From assembly GCA_963816145.1 (NCBI GenBank), contig CAWFJP010000001.1, positions 32,001 through 96,000 on the forward strand: a DNA stretch of 64,000 nt. Direction: 5' to 3'. A model generated the notes under the pieces. It was given only the letters and a program-made list of their open reading frames with translations, made no database searches and had not been told where the DNA came from. The DNA comes from an uncultured delta proteobacterium. GTDB taxonomy: Bacteria; Desulfobacterota; Binatia; UBA9968. Below are positions 41,451-50,994 of this stretch, piece after piece. How positions within the stretch are numbered: the stretch's first letter is position 1; each line of letters begins with the position of its first letter. The translations under genes and the position numbers were made by a program.

Positions 41451-41759
41451 ATGACCGTCGAATTTACTCCGGACGAATCTTACCAGCAGCACCGGCGCAG
41501 CGTCGTTTGGTTTGGCGCCGTCGACGATGACAAGGTGATCGACTGCGCGATTTCGCTCGACGCCCTAACCGACCACTTCGGCGCCTATGCCGACGATCCC
41601 CTGCCCGCCTTTAGAAAACACCGCCAACAGATCTGGGATCTCGCCGCCAAGCTGATCGCCCAGCGGCGCTTTGAAGATGACGGCACGATCTTGATTCACA
41701 GCGCCGATATCAAGCTGACGCCAAGCGGCGCAACGACGCCGCCCGTATCAGCGCGCTAA
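41451..41759 (+). CDS. DUF1488 family protein
   Basis: CAISLDALTDHFGA...AF..HR..I...A pattern; GGAGG RBS. Confidence 0.75.
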   Translation: MTVEFTPDESYQQHRRSVVWFGAVDDDKVIDCAISLDALTDHFGAYADDPLPAFRKHRQQIWDLAAKLIAQRRFEDDGTILIHSADIKLTPSGATTPPVSAR

Positions 41760-41903
41760 AGAGATAGGAAGCCGCTGTCGCATCATTTCTATGAGATGAC
41801 AATCCGACTTAGAGTTTTCCCTGTTGTGCGAAACGCGTTTCTCCGATTTTGCCCACCGCTTTCGATTTAAAGCCGCTCACACAAAATAGGCCCCCAATAC
41901 CCT

Positions 41904-41918
41904 TGGCGTCTCTATTGC
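41904..41918 (+). promoter_or_regulatory. Sigma-54 promoter
   Basis: TGGCG-TCTCTA-TTGC. Confidence 0.7.
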
Positions 41919-41963
41919 GTAATTACAGGGCTGTAAGGCTCATGAGCGTTTATGGGGGCAGCG

Positions 41964-44900
41964 ATGAAATACATCGGCATAAATATCGGCGCCTTGACCG
42001 TCAAGCTCGCGGTTTTGAACGGCGCAGAAACCGCCTCGACGGTTGTGCCGCATTTGGGCCGGCCGCTCGCGGTGCTGGAAAAACTGCTCACCGAGAAGGA
42101 ATATGCTGGGGCCGACTATTTCGGTGTTTCCGGCCATCTCGGCCATATTACCGAGGCCGCGGCGATTCAGCGCGCCCTAGTCGAGCTTAAACGTGATTTT
42201 GATGCGGTGGTTTCCCTCGGCGGCGAGTCATTCCTGGTTTACATTGTTGCCGGCGGCAGGATCAGCAATGTCCTGTCACATAACAAATGCGCTGCCGGCA
42301 GCGGCGAATTCTTCGTCCAACAGATTGGCCGCATGGGGCTGGGTATAGAGGAAGCGATCGAGACTTCGTTCGACGGCAAAGTCGTGCCGCTGGCAGCGCG
42401 CTGCTCGGTGCACTGCAAGTCGGACATCACCCATAAACTCAACCGCAACGAGGCGAGCGCCAAAGACATTCTGCACACCCTCCATGACAGCATGGCGAGT
42501 AAGGTCATTGCCCTGCTCGAAAAAGGCCAGAGCGAGTTGCGTCGCGTGCTTTTGATCGGCGGCGTCACACGCAACGCGGCGATGCTCGCGGCGCTGCGCG
42601 AGAAGCTGCCGTCGACAGAATTCGTCGTGCTGCCCGAGAGCGCGTGGTTCGAGGCCTGGGGCAGCGCATTGCTGACCCGCGACCAGCCGCTTTACTCATC
42701 TCCACAATTCGCGGCGCAGGCAACCCTGAGCCATCTGCCGGCGCTCAGCCTCTACGACGACCGGGTTCAAGTCATTGCCGCGCCGCCGCTACAAGCTCCA
42801 CCCGATGGCGCCATGGTACTGGGCGTCGACGCCGGGTCGACGACGACCAAGGCGATTCTTCTCGATCCAGCCAGCCGCGGCGTCGTGGCGTCCTATTACA
42901 CCCGCACCAAAGGTGATCCGGTCGCGGCGACCCGCGAATGTCTGCGCGCGTTGGTCGATCACGTCGGTAATCGGAGTGTCGGCCTAGTCGGCACCACCGG
43001 ATCGGCGCGCGAACTCGCCGGCGCCTATCTCGGCACCGAGCATGTTTACAATGAGATCTCAGCCCACGCCGCCGGCACCGCCCACTACGATGCCGATGTC
43101 GACACGATCTTCGAGATCGGCGGCCAGGATTCCAAGTACATTTACTTGCGCAACGGCGTTCCCATCGACTATGCGATGAACAATGCCTGTTCCGCGGGCA
43201 CCGGCTCGTTTCTCGAAGAAAGCGCCCACGGCGATCTTGGCATGAACGTCTCGGAGATCGCCGATCTCGCATTGGCTGCCGCCGCGCCGGTGCAGTTCAA
43301 GGCGACCTGCGCGGCATTCATCAACTCCGATATCCGCATCGCGCTGCAAGAAGGACAATCCCGCGAGAACATCGTCGCCGGCCTGGTTTACGCCATCGCC
43401 GGCAATTATCTCAACCGAGTGAAGGGCGCGCGCTGCGTCGGCAAGAAAGTTTTCCTGCAAGGCGGCGTCGCTCTCAATCGCGCCGTCGGCCATGCTTTCG
43501 CCCATAGCGTCGGCCGGCAGGTGGTGATTCCACCCAGCCCGGAGCTGCTCGGCGCCCTGGGCGTCGGCTTGCTGGCGCTGCAAAGAGCGCATGGAGTGCT
43601 AAAAACCCCGACGGATCTTTTGACCTTGGCCGCGCCGGAGATGAAACGCACCAGTCGCTTCACCTGCGGCGCCTGCACGATGTATTGCAGCATCGACCAT
43701 TTCGAAGTCTCCGGGCGGCGCTTTCCCTTCGGCGGTCGCTGCAGCCTCTACGAGAATGTCTGGAAACGAAAAACCCGCATCGCCGCCGCGCCGGATCTGG
43801 TCGAGCAGCGCAGCAAGCTGATCTTTGGCTCGCCCAACGGCGCTAGAGCAGCTAAAGGCGTGCGCATCGGTATTCCCAAGGCGCTGACCATGCATTCGCT
43901 GTTTCCGCTCTACTCGACGTTTTTCACCGGTTTGGGCATGGACGTGGTGTTGTCGGACATCGACCCGCGCGGCGAACTCAAGTCGAATGCCGGTTTTTGT
44001 TTTCCTGCGCAGATCGCCCACGGCGCGGTCTTGGATTTGGTCCAACGCGGGATCGAACTGATATTTTTGCCCCACCTATTGCGCATGCCGGCGCGCGAGG
44101 CTTGGAAAGAAACTTACTTATGTCCGATCACACAAGCGAGTCCCTATTTCCTCGCCAAGGCTTACCCGCAGGTTCATCTGCTCTCACCGTTGCTCGACTT
44201 TAGCGACGGTTACACCGCCAGCTCGGCGTTGGTGGATATGGCCGTCAACGAACTGGGACAAACGCGCGAGCTCGCCGCGCAGCAGTGGACAAAGGCGGTA
44301 GGGGCGCAAACGCAAGCCGAAACCGCAATGCAGCAATTAGGGCAAAGCGCACTGGCGCAAGCGCTCGCAACCAACCAGCCGGCGATCGTCCTGGCGGGTC
44401 ATAGCTACAACGCCTTTACCCCCGAAGGGTCGCAGTCCGTCGGCAAGAAGCTCTCGAGCATGGGCGTGGCGGCGATTCCCGCCGACTGTCTTATCGCAGC
44501 CGGCGCCGGTCCGACCTCGTGGCATTTCGCCAACCAGGTGATGAATGCGGTAAATGTCGTCAAACAGCATGCCAATCTGTTTCTCCTCTGCGTGAGCAAT
44601 TTTAGTTGCACCATTGACGCCTTCACTCAATCGATGCTGGCATCCGAGATGGGCTCCAAGCCCTATCTGATTCTCGAAATCGACGCCCACACCGCCGACG
44701 CCGGTGTGCAAACCCGGTTGGAGGCCTTCCTCGACATCGTCAGAAACTTTCGTGCCGGCCAGAGCGGCCGCGCCGAGCGATTCAACCCGGCTCACCTCAT
44801 CGCCGGCGGTCAACTCCGCCGCGGCAATGGCGAGCAAGTCGCGCTCACCGACCCGCGGGTCAAACTCTATTTCCCCAACTTTTCACAGTACCACTCGGAA

Positions 44901-46130
44901 TCTCTGGCGATGTCGGTGGGCTGGTTGGGCTTGCACGCGGGCCCGGTGACGCCGCTTGAGCGCCGCCAACTTAGCAGAGGTTTGCAATACACCTCGGGAC
45001 GGGAGTGCCTGCCCCTGCCGATTTGCATCGGCCAGCTGCTGGAAATTCACGAGCGGCGCGCGCCCGGCGAGATCGCCGGTTTCTACATGCTGGAGGGCGG
45101 CGCGCCTTGCGTTATCGATGCCTACCTGGGCTATCTGGACCGGTTCATCGTCGAACAGCGCTTGGAGGATCTATTCTTACTCATCCCCGGCGCCGACAAT
45201 GATCACTGCGGCTACGACCAGATGACTCTGGCAAAGTATACCCTGCCAGCCGTGCTGTTGGCCGACATCATGGTCGAGATTGAACAGGTCATCCATGTGG
45301 TCGGCGCTGGCGACGCCAGCGCTCGGCTCAAACAGGAATGGCAGCGCTTCAGCGCCAGCGCAACTTCACTGGAACGATTTCATGCCGCACTCCCCGGCTT
45401 TGTCGAGCGCCTGGCAGCGCTGCCGCGCAAACGCAATCCGCTGGATTGCCCGCGGGTTTTGGTGACCGGCGATTTCTTCACCCGCTTCAGCCCGTTTTTC
45501 ATGGAAGGCGTGCGTGAACTTTATAACGATCGCGGTATCATTCTTAAACCGGTCGATCTGAACGGCCTGCTGCTTTACGGCGCTTACAACATGGTCCATG
45601 ACGCGGCGAACCATTGGGGATTGAAACCGGGCGGCGCGGCGCTGGCCAAAGCTTGCACGAGAATTTTTCAGCCGGACGGCAAAGAGTATCTGCGTCGTTG
45701 GCTCGCCTATCAGACGGAGAAAAGATCTGAAGAATATTACCGCCGGATTTTTCACCGGAGCGGCTATCTGCTGACACCGCACGGCGATGCGTCGGCGACA
45801 TTCATCGACGCGGCTGAGCATATCTCACCGAAAATCTATGGCGAGGTGATTCCGACCGTGGGTGACGGTGTGCGCGCGGAAGTCGAGGGCTATGACGGTA
45901 TCATCCTGATCGGGCCGTTTAACTGTCTGCCGTTCCGCATCGCCGAAGCGATCTTAAAACCGCTCAGCATCCGACGCGGCATGCCGATCCTCACCTACGA
46001 AAGCGACGGCTACGCGGTGTCGCCGTCCTTCTTACGGCAAGTCGAAGTTCATACGCAACAGATTCTTGATCACCATATGCGGCCATTGTCGCGCCTCACT
46101 GAACGACCTGCAGCAGTCGTGCAATCGTAG
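41964..46130 (+). CDS. Multidomain 2-hydroxyacyl-CoA dehydratase activase (two ASKHA/BadF domains plus DUF2229/dehydratase-like domains)
   Basis: KCAAGSGEF, GVDAGSTTTK, EIGGQDSK, CSAGTGSFL, CFPAQIAHG and PFNCLP motifs. Confidence 0.9.
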   Translation: MKYIGINIGALTVKLAVLNGAETASTVVPHLGRPLAVLEKLLTEKEYAGADYFGVSGHLGHITEAAAIQRALVELKRDFDAVVSLGGESFLVYIVAGGRISNVLSHNKCAAGSGEFFVQQIGRMGLGIEEAIETSFDGKVVPLAARCSVHCKSDITHKLNRNEASAKDILHTLHDSMASKVIALLEKGQSELRRVLLIGGVTRNAAMLAALREKLPSTEFVVLPESAWFEAWGSALLTRDQPLYSSPQFAAQATLSHLPALSLYDDRVQVIAAPPLQAPPDGAMVLGVDAGSTTTKAILLDPASRGVVASYYTRTKGDPVAATRECLRALVDHVGNRSVGLVGTTGSARELAGAYLGTEHVYNEISAHAAGTAHYDADVDTIFEIGGQDSKYIYLRNGVPIDYAMNNACSAGTGSFLEESAHGDLGMNVSEIADLALAAAAPVQFKATCAAFINSDIRIALQEGQSRENIVAGLVYAIAGNYLNRVKGARCVGKKVFLQGGVALNRAVGHAFAHSVGRQVVIPPSPELLGALGVGLLALQRAHGVLKTPTDLLTLAAPEMKRTSRFTCGACTMYCSIDHFEVSGRRFPFGGRCSLYENVWKRKTRIAAAPDLVEQRSKLIFGSPNGARAAKGVRIGIPKALTMHSLFPLYSTFFTGLGMDVVLSDIDPRGELKSNAGFCFPAQIAHGAVLDLVQRGIELIFLPHLLRMPAREAWKETYLCPITQASPYFLAKAYPQVHLLSPLLDFSDGYTASSALVDMAVNELGQTRELAAQQWTKAVGAQTQAETAMQQLGQSALAQALATNQPAIVLAGHSYNAFTPEGSQSVGKKLSSMGVAAIPADCLIAAGAGPTSWHFANQVMNAVNVVKQHANLFLLCVSNFSCTIDAFTQSMLASEMGSKPYLILEIDAHTADAGVQTRLEAFLDIVRNFRAGQSGRAERFNPAHLIAGGQLRRGNGEQVALTDPRVKLYFPNFSQYHSESLAMSVGWLGLHAGPVTPLERRQLSRGLQYTSGRECLPLPICIGQLLEIHERRAPGEIAGFYMLEGGAPCVIDAYLGYLDRFIVEQRLEDLFLLIPGADNDHCGYDQMTLAKYTLPAVLLADIMVEIEQVIHVVGAGDASARLKQEWQRFSASATSLERFHAALPGFVERLAALPRKRNPLDCPRVLVTGDFFTRFSPFFMEGVRELYNDRGIILKPVDLNGLLLYGAYNMVHDAANHWGLKPGGAALAKACTRIFQPDGKEYLRRWLAYQTEKRSEEYYRRIFHRSGYLLTPHGDASATFIDAAEHISPKIYGEVIPTVGDGVRAEVEGYDGIILIGPFNCLPFRIAEAILKPLSIRRGMPILTYESDGYAVSPSFLRQVEVHTQQILDHHMRPLSRLTERPAAVVQS

Positions 46131-46154
46131 GATAGTGCAAATGTTTTACTACGT

Positions 46155-46169
46155 CGGCATAGAGATTGC
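46155..46169 (+). promoter_or_regulatory. Sigma-54 promoter
   Basis: CGGCA-TAGAGA-TTGC. Confidence 0.7.
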
Positions 46170-46220
46170 TCGCTCGCTTGGAGCAGGATTACTTTACGCA
46201 TCTAAGAACAGAGGTGTGAA

Positions 46221-46661
46221 ATGAGAGCAAGCAAGATGGCAGCGGCAATACTCGGCGCGGTAGTAATCTGCGGTGCAGGGAGCCTTGCGTACCCAGCGGA
46301 GACGCAAGCACCGGCGAAATTTGATTTAGGCAAACGTGAATACGATTCAAAATGCGCAGTATGTCACGGCAGTACAGGCAAGGGCGATGGACCTTACGCT
46401 GGATTACTCGACACCAAGGTGCCGGACTTGACGACTCTTGCTCAACGCAACCACGGCATGTTTCCGGTCCTGTGGGTGCAGGAAGTCATCGATGGCCGGC
46501 AAAACTTCAAAGCTCACGGTCCAAGCGAAATGCCGATTTGGGGTCTCGATTACCTGGCGAAGGCCAGGGAATCTTATATGGACCCCTACGAAGCCGAAGC
46601 GTATGTCCGCATGCGCATCCTGGCGCTGACAGAGTACCTATACCGCTTGCAGGCCAAGTAG
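46221..46661 (+). CDS. Mono-heme c-type cytochrome
   Basis: Signal peptide, CAVCHG, HGPSEMPIWG; paralog at 36763. Confidence 0.88.
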   Translation: MRASKMAAAILGAVVICGAGSLAYPAETQAPAKFDLGKREYDSKCAVCHGSTGKGDGPYAGLLDTKVPDLTTLAQRNHGMFPVLWVQEVIDGRQNFKAHGPSEMPIWGLDYLAKARESYMDPYEAEAYVRMRILALTEYLYRLQAK

Positions 46662-46700
46662 GCTCCGCGCCCGGTCCGAAGGTTCCCGCCCTTTTCGCGG

Positions 46701-48110
46701 CTAATCGGACCGTCCGTGCCCCAATTGGTTCGTGCCGTTAACCGCGTCCTTGACGTAGTGAGAATGAGTAAGCACCCCAGCCAGCGACTCGTCGGACTCA
46801 TACCAATCATGCCGCGTCAGAGGCAAGCCGCTCTGTCCGCCGTTGGGTTTGACCAGCAACGATTGATGCAGATTCACCCGCCCGCATTGGAACTCGTAAG
46901 CCGTCCCGGCGAGATAGAGCCTAAACACGCGGCAGCTGACCTCGTCGGCCAGCCTCTTGAGTTCATCCTCGGCGGCCTCGAAACGTTGCAGCCAATGTCT
47001 TAGGGTCAGCGCATAATGTTCGCGCAAACTCTCGACGTCGCGGATTTCAAAACCCACGGTTTCCGCCGCGCTCAAAGTCTGGCCGATCGTGGCAAGAAAA
47101 TGATCGGGAAAAACATAGCGATGGTTGAATGAACGACCGGGTCGTTCTGACGCGCTCGGCGTATGGCTGATCGCATGATGGAGAAATTGGCCGCCGGGAC
47201 GCAGCGACGCAAAGGCTAACTTGAAATATTCTTCGAAGCGGCTTTCCGGCACATGTTCGGCAGCGCCGACGCTGGTCACACGGTCGAAACCCTCCGGCTC
47301 AAGCCAGGCAAAAAAATCATTGACTTCGACGCGACAGCGGTCTTCCAGGCCGGCTTGGCGAATCCGTTGGCGCGCCACCTCGGCTTGCTCCGGGCTTACC
47401 GTCAGACCAACCGCTTCGACGCCGTAATGCTTGGCGGCATGTACGATCAGGGCGCCCCAGCCGCAACCCATGTCGAGCAATCGCAGCCCCGGCCGCAGCC
47501 GCAGCTTGCGGCAGATGTAATCGAGCTTGGCTTTCTGCGCCGCACCGAGCGAATCGTCCGCCGAGCGAAAATAGGCACAGCTGTAGACCAACGATTCATC
47601 CAGCCATAAGCGCCAGAACTGCACCGGATGATCGTAGTGGTAATTAACTGCGGCGCGCGTCCGCGCCGCCGACCCCCGACTACCGGCAGCGCCAAAGCCG
47701 CCGAACAGACCCGTCCGGGAATAACGAGGCGCGGGTATCGACAGGAGCTGTGGGAGCAACTGGCATTTTTCAGCTAAAGACCAAGGGATATTGATCAAAC
47801 GATCGGCGGGCGCGAAGATATCCAAGAGCGAACCGTTGATATCCACCTGATTGTAAACAAACGCTTCGCCAAAACTCAGCGAATCAGCGCGGCCGAACAG
47901 GCCGCGCACCGCGCTCGGCGTCCGCACGACCAGTTCAAAGCGCGCCGGTTCAGCCGTCTGCGCCGGCCACTTCTCACCATCCCAAAGCTGCACGGCAAAT
48001 GCGCGCGGCCCGTAGCGTTCGAGGACAATTCGAAGCAATGAGCGCGCCGCCGCCGCGCCCGGATATTCGTGGGTTGAGCCATTGCTGACCGCCAGGTTCT
48101 CTTGTCTCAT
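46701..48110 (-). CDS. cfa: Cyclopropane-fatty-acyl-phospholipid synthase family methyltransferase
   Basis: YHYD, YSCAYF, LLDMGCGWG and HYALTLRHW motifs. Confidence 0.92.
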   Translation of the reverse strand: MRQENLAVSNGSTHEYPGAAAARSLLRIVLERYGPRAFAVQLWDGEKWPAQTAEPARFELVVRTPSAVRGLFGRADSLSFGEAFVYNQVDINGSLLDIFAPADRLINIPWSLAEKCQLLPQLLSIPAPRYSRTGLFGGFGAAGSRGSAARTRAAVNYHYDHPVQFWRLWLDESLVYSCAYFRSADDSLGAAQKAKLDYICRKLRLRPGLRLLDMGCGWGALIVHAAKHYGVEAVGLTVSPEQAEVARQRIRQAGLEDRCRVEVNDFFAWLEPEGFDRVTSVGAAEHVPESRFEEYFKLAFASLRPGGQFLHHAISHTPSASERPGRSFNHRYVFPDHFLATIGQTLSAAETVGFEIRDVESLREHYALTLRHWLQRFEAAEDELKRLADEVSCRVFRLYLAGTAYEFQCGRVNLHQSLLVKPNGGQSGLPLTRHDWYESDESLAGVLTHSHYVKDAVNGTNQLGHGRSD

Positions 48111-48213
48111 GCGTCTTACTCCTTTCGTCTGTCCTGATGTTCGCTGAAGCTGGCTAAATAGATTACGACGAGCAAAGTAAAATGCCAGACCGACGCCATC
48201 TCGGTGCGCGGCT

Positions 48214-48228
48214 TGGCATGCGGTCTGC
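48214..48228 (+). promoter_or_regulatory. Sigma-54 promoter
   Basis: TGGCA-TGCGGT-CTGC. Confidence 0.65.
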
Positions 48229-48286
48229 GTAATAAAGTCCTACCAGGCGAACGATCCGGCGGTCAAACTGAAAGCGGTAAGCCATC

Positions 48287-48457
48287 ATGGCAACTTACGA
48301 ATTTCATTGTCGGAAATGCGATTTCAACTTCGAGCTGATGTTCTCATTTGGCAAGTATCGGAAAAACATCAGACCGATCCGTTGTCCCAACTGTAACAGC
48401 ACCCGGGTGTTGCGGCGCATTTCTTCCTTCGAGGTAAAAACCTCGAAGAAGAGCTGA
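48287..48457 (+). CDS. FmdB-family zinc ribbon protein, 56 aa (not in ORF track)
   Basis: MATYEFHCRKC...CPNC...KTSKKS; paralog at 58728. Confidence 0.85.
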   Translation: MATYEFHCRKCDFNFELMFSFGKYRKNIRPIRCPNCNSTRVLRRISSFEVKTSKKS

Positions 48458-48485
48458 AGCGCAGTAAACTCGTATGGCAACCCGT

Positions 48486-49133
48486 TTATCCGACAGCTGA
48501 GACTTTTTCGACATCATGTTTCAAGATCGCAATGACTTCCTCATCGGTAACCTGCGCGAAGTCGTCAAAGAACTGGCCAACCGCGTAGAACTCTGCCGGC
48601 ACGTTCAAACAAACCATGGAGTCGCACTCGTGCAGCATCGCCCGCGCCGCGTCCGGCGACGCCACCGCCACCGCGCCGACGAGTTTCTTGGGTTTGTGCC
48701 CGCGCAATGCCCGCAACGCCGCGGTCATCGTCGATCCAGTAGCGATACCGTCGTCGACGACGATGACGATGCGCCCCTTGGGATCGATCGATTGGCGCGC
48801 CGGCGTGTAGGTCGCCCGCCGCTTCGCCAGGACGGCGAGCTGCCGTTTCTTTTCCGCTTCGAGATAAGTTGGGTCTAAATCGGCCGCCCAATCGGAGATG
48901 AACGCATTGCCCTGTTCATCGATGGCGCCGATGGCCAGCTCCGGTTGCTCGGGGTGGGTCAGCTTGTGCACCAGCACGACGTCCAATTCACCGCCAAGCG
49001 CGTCGGCGATAAATTTCGCCATCGGCACCGCGCCGCGCGGCACGCCGAGAACCAATGGATTTTTGTTTTTGTAGCTCACTCGCAGTCTTTCGGCGAGCAG
49101 CTCCGCGGCATGTTGTCGATTTCTGAATCGCAT
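48486..49133 (-). CDS. Phosphoribosyltransferase family protein (Rv0571c/Rv2030c N-domain-like)
   Basis: FRNR..A, PRGAVP, VVDDGIATGST and AVGQFF.DF.QV.D.EV motifs. Confidence 0.9.
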   Translation of the reverse strand: MRFRNRQHAAELLAERLRVSYKNKNPLVLGVPRGAVPMAKFIADALGGELDVVLVHKLTHPEQPELAIGAIDEQGNAFISDWAADLDPTYLEAEKKRQLAVLAKRRATYTPARQSIDPKGRIVIVVDDGIATGSTMTAALRALRGHKPKKLVGAVAVASPDAARAMLHECDSMVCLNVPAEFYAVGQFFDDFAQVTDEEVIAILKHDVEKVSAVG

Positions 49134-49156
49134 GGTTCACCTCGTAAATCAGCAGT

Positions 49157-49693
49157 TTAACCAGGGCCACCGGCATCGATTAAGTCGCTCCGGTGGTTCA
49201 CATCAAGAGAATCCGACGGCGTTGGTCGCTGCCTCATAGCCGGTGCACTGGGCGGGTTATTTTGTGACGATTGGGCGCTAATCACGGCGCTAAAGAAGCC
49301 TAACGCCTGGCGCAATTTCTCCGCGTCCTCGCTGGCGATAGCGGCGAGATCCGACAGCGAGACGATGCCCAACAGCATGCCGTTCTTGGCGATCGGCAGC
49401 CGCTTGATGCGCCTCGCGCGCATGACTTCGGCCGCAACCGCGACATCCTCTTCAGGTTTGAGGACGATCACCGGCCGATGCATATGCGCGCCAACTTTGC
49501 ACTGATAAGGATCGTGCGCCGCGGCCAGACAAGCCAAGAGATCGCGATCGCTGATGATTCCTTTGACCGCCCCGGCGCTCGTCACAACCAGGCAACCGAC
49601 GGCCTTCTCGCGCATACGCCGCGCCGCCATCGCCACGGTCTCGTCAGGCGTCGCTTGGACCACGGTTTCGATCATCCGCTCTAGCAGTTTCAT
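49157..49693 (-). CDS. CBS domain protein
   Basis: GIISDRD and RLPI...LLGIVSLSD CBS pair. Confidence 0.88.
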   Translation of the reverse strand: MKLLERMIETVVQATPDETVAMAARRMREKAVGCLVVTSAGAVKGIISDRDLLACLAAAHDPYQCKVGAHMHRPVIVLKPEEDVAVAAEVMRARRIKRLPIAKNGMLLGIVSLSDLAAIASEDAEKLRQALGFFSAVISAQSSQNNPPSAPAMRQRPTPSDSLDVNHRSDLIDAGGPG

Positions 49694-50133
49694 GCGGCCA
49701 TCTCCGTGTTTTGCGCGACAAACACGCGCAGCAAATCGTTTACCGAAAGCATGCCGACGACCCGTAAGTCCGCTACCACCGGCAACGTACTGATGCGATA
49801 GGTTTCGAGAATCTTCGCGGCCTCGACCAACGGCGTCTCCGGAGAAACGGTCATCGGATCGGCGGTCATCGCCGCCGTGACGGTGAGATTTTCGGTGTAG
49901 CGGCGAATTTCGTCCTCATCGCGAAACAAAGGATAGGCCGGCGCCACTTGGCGCACATCGCGGTCGGTGACGATGCCGACAAGCTTGCCGGCTTCGACCA
50001 CCGGTACCGTGCGAATATCGCGCCGGCGCAGCAGCTCGATCACCCGCTGCAAAGAATCCTTCGGCGCCACCGTCGCCGGATCGACGGTCATGCAGTCGCC
50101 GACTGTCAGCATCTTTTTCGTTTTCGCCATCAT
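49690..50133 (-). CDS. CBS domain protein (AcuB-like)
   Basis: LVGIVTDRDVR CBS pair. Confidence 0.88.
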   Translation of the reverse strand: MMAKTKKMLTVGDCMTVDPATVAPKDSLQRVIELLRRRDIRTVPVVEAGKLVGIVTDRDVRQVAPAYPLFRDEDEIRRYTENLTVTAAMTADPMTVSPETPLVEAAKILETYRISTLPVVADLRVVGMLSVNDLLRVFVAQNTEMAA

Positions 50134-50143
50134 TCACCCCGCG

Positions 50144-50398
50144 TCATTGTTTCCGCGTCGGCTCGCTGCCCAGCCACTCGGGATCGATCGCCTGGATCGC
50201 TTCCTCCCTGAGCGCGGCATAGGACTTGGCGAAGTCGGGATGGTAGCGCTCCATGTAGGTCTTCAATATCTCCAACTCAATTTTGATCGAGCCGAGCGCC
50301 GAAGTGAGATCGATCTTCGCATCCTTCAACAAAGATGCCGTCGCTTCAATTTCCGTCTGCATCAGGTGAAAACGATGCTTGAGATCGGAATCTTCCAC
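50144..50398 (-). CDS. Small helical hypothetical protein
   Basis: GGAGGTG RBS, GTG start, inside an operon. Confidence 0.7.
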   Translation of the reverse strand: MEDSDLKHRFHLMQTEIEATASLLKDAKIDLTSALGSIKIELEILKTYMERYHPDFAKSYAALREEAIQAIDPEWLGSEPTRKQ

Positions 50399-50436
50399 TG
50401 GACACCTCCCATTCGTTGGCGCTTGCGCAAGCGCGC

Positions 50437-50751
50437 TTACGTCAGTTCGCGTTTCTTGGTCTCGAATTCATCTTTGTCGATCTCGCCGCGGGCAAATCTT
50501 TCTCGCAAGATTTCCATGGCCGAATCTGCGCGCGGCAGTTTACTCTGGCCGATAAACCAGCGGATACCTGCGACACCGGCAAAAATCACCACGCCCCAGA
50601 ACAGCAGCATCATCGCCATCATGCCGACGCCCCATCCCCAACCCCACATCGGATGCATGCGCCAACCCCATTCATAAGGCCCCTGCACGGTGAGCAGCGC
50701 GAAAAAGACCTCATCGAGACGTGAGATCACTGACCATTCGCTGGCAAGCAT
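50437..50751 (-). CDS. SHOCT domain membrane protein
   Basis: GW/M-rich TM region; AMEILRERFARGEIDKDEF. Confidence 0.85.
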   Translation of the reverse strand: MLASEWSVISRLDEVFFALLTVQGPYEWGWRMHPMWGWGWGVGMMAMMLLFWGVVIFAGVAGIRWFIGQSKLPRADSAMEILRERFARGEIDKDEFETKKRELT

Positions 50752-50805
50752 AACCACCTCCGCCGGTTATGTCGGAAAATTGGAGATCCGACATTTACGA
50801 GAAAC

Positions 50806-50820
50806 GCATAGAGCGTGCCA
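50806..50820 (-). promoter_or_regulatory. Sigma-54 promoter (SHOCT-CBS-PRT operon)
   Basis: TGGCA-CGCTCT-ATGC. Confidence 0.75.
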
Positions 50821-50870
50821 CGGACCCGGACTGAAAAATCGACGCAGAATGGCAGGGGGAACGAAAAACT

Positions 50871-50915
50871 TCGCAGCGGCGGGAATTTTCCCGACGAAGC
50901 CTGTTAGGATTGCGA
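50871..50915. promoter_or_regulatory. Putative tandem upstream activator sites
   Basis: TCGCA-GCGG-CGGGA (50871) and TGTTA-GGAT-TGCGA (50902), 31 bp apart. Confidence 0.55.
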
Positions 50916-50942
50916 AAAAAACCGCGGCGCTGGGGGATCGAT

Positions 50943-50976
50943 CGGAACGTTTTGAACCATTGGAACGTTTGGAACT
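50943..50976. repeat. Short 9-bp tandem repeat
   Basis: About four copies of (T/G)GAAC(G/C)(T/A)TT. Confidence 0.5.
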
Positions 50977-50994
50977 CGCGGCGCCAGCCGCGCT

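Noticed and set aside
48172-48187. Sigma-54-like motif upstream of cfa (TGGCA-TTTTACT-TTGC, minus strand)
   Set aside because: The spacer is one base too long for the strict -24/-12 geometry; it could be a homopolymer error but is not counted.
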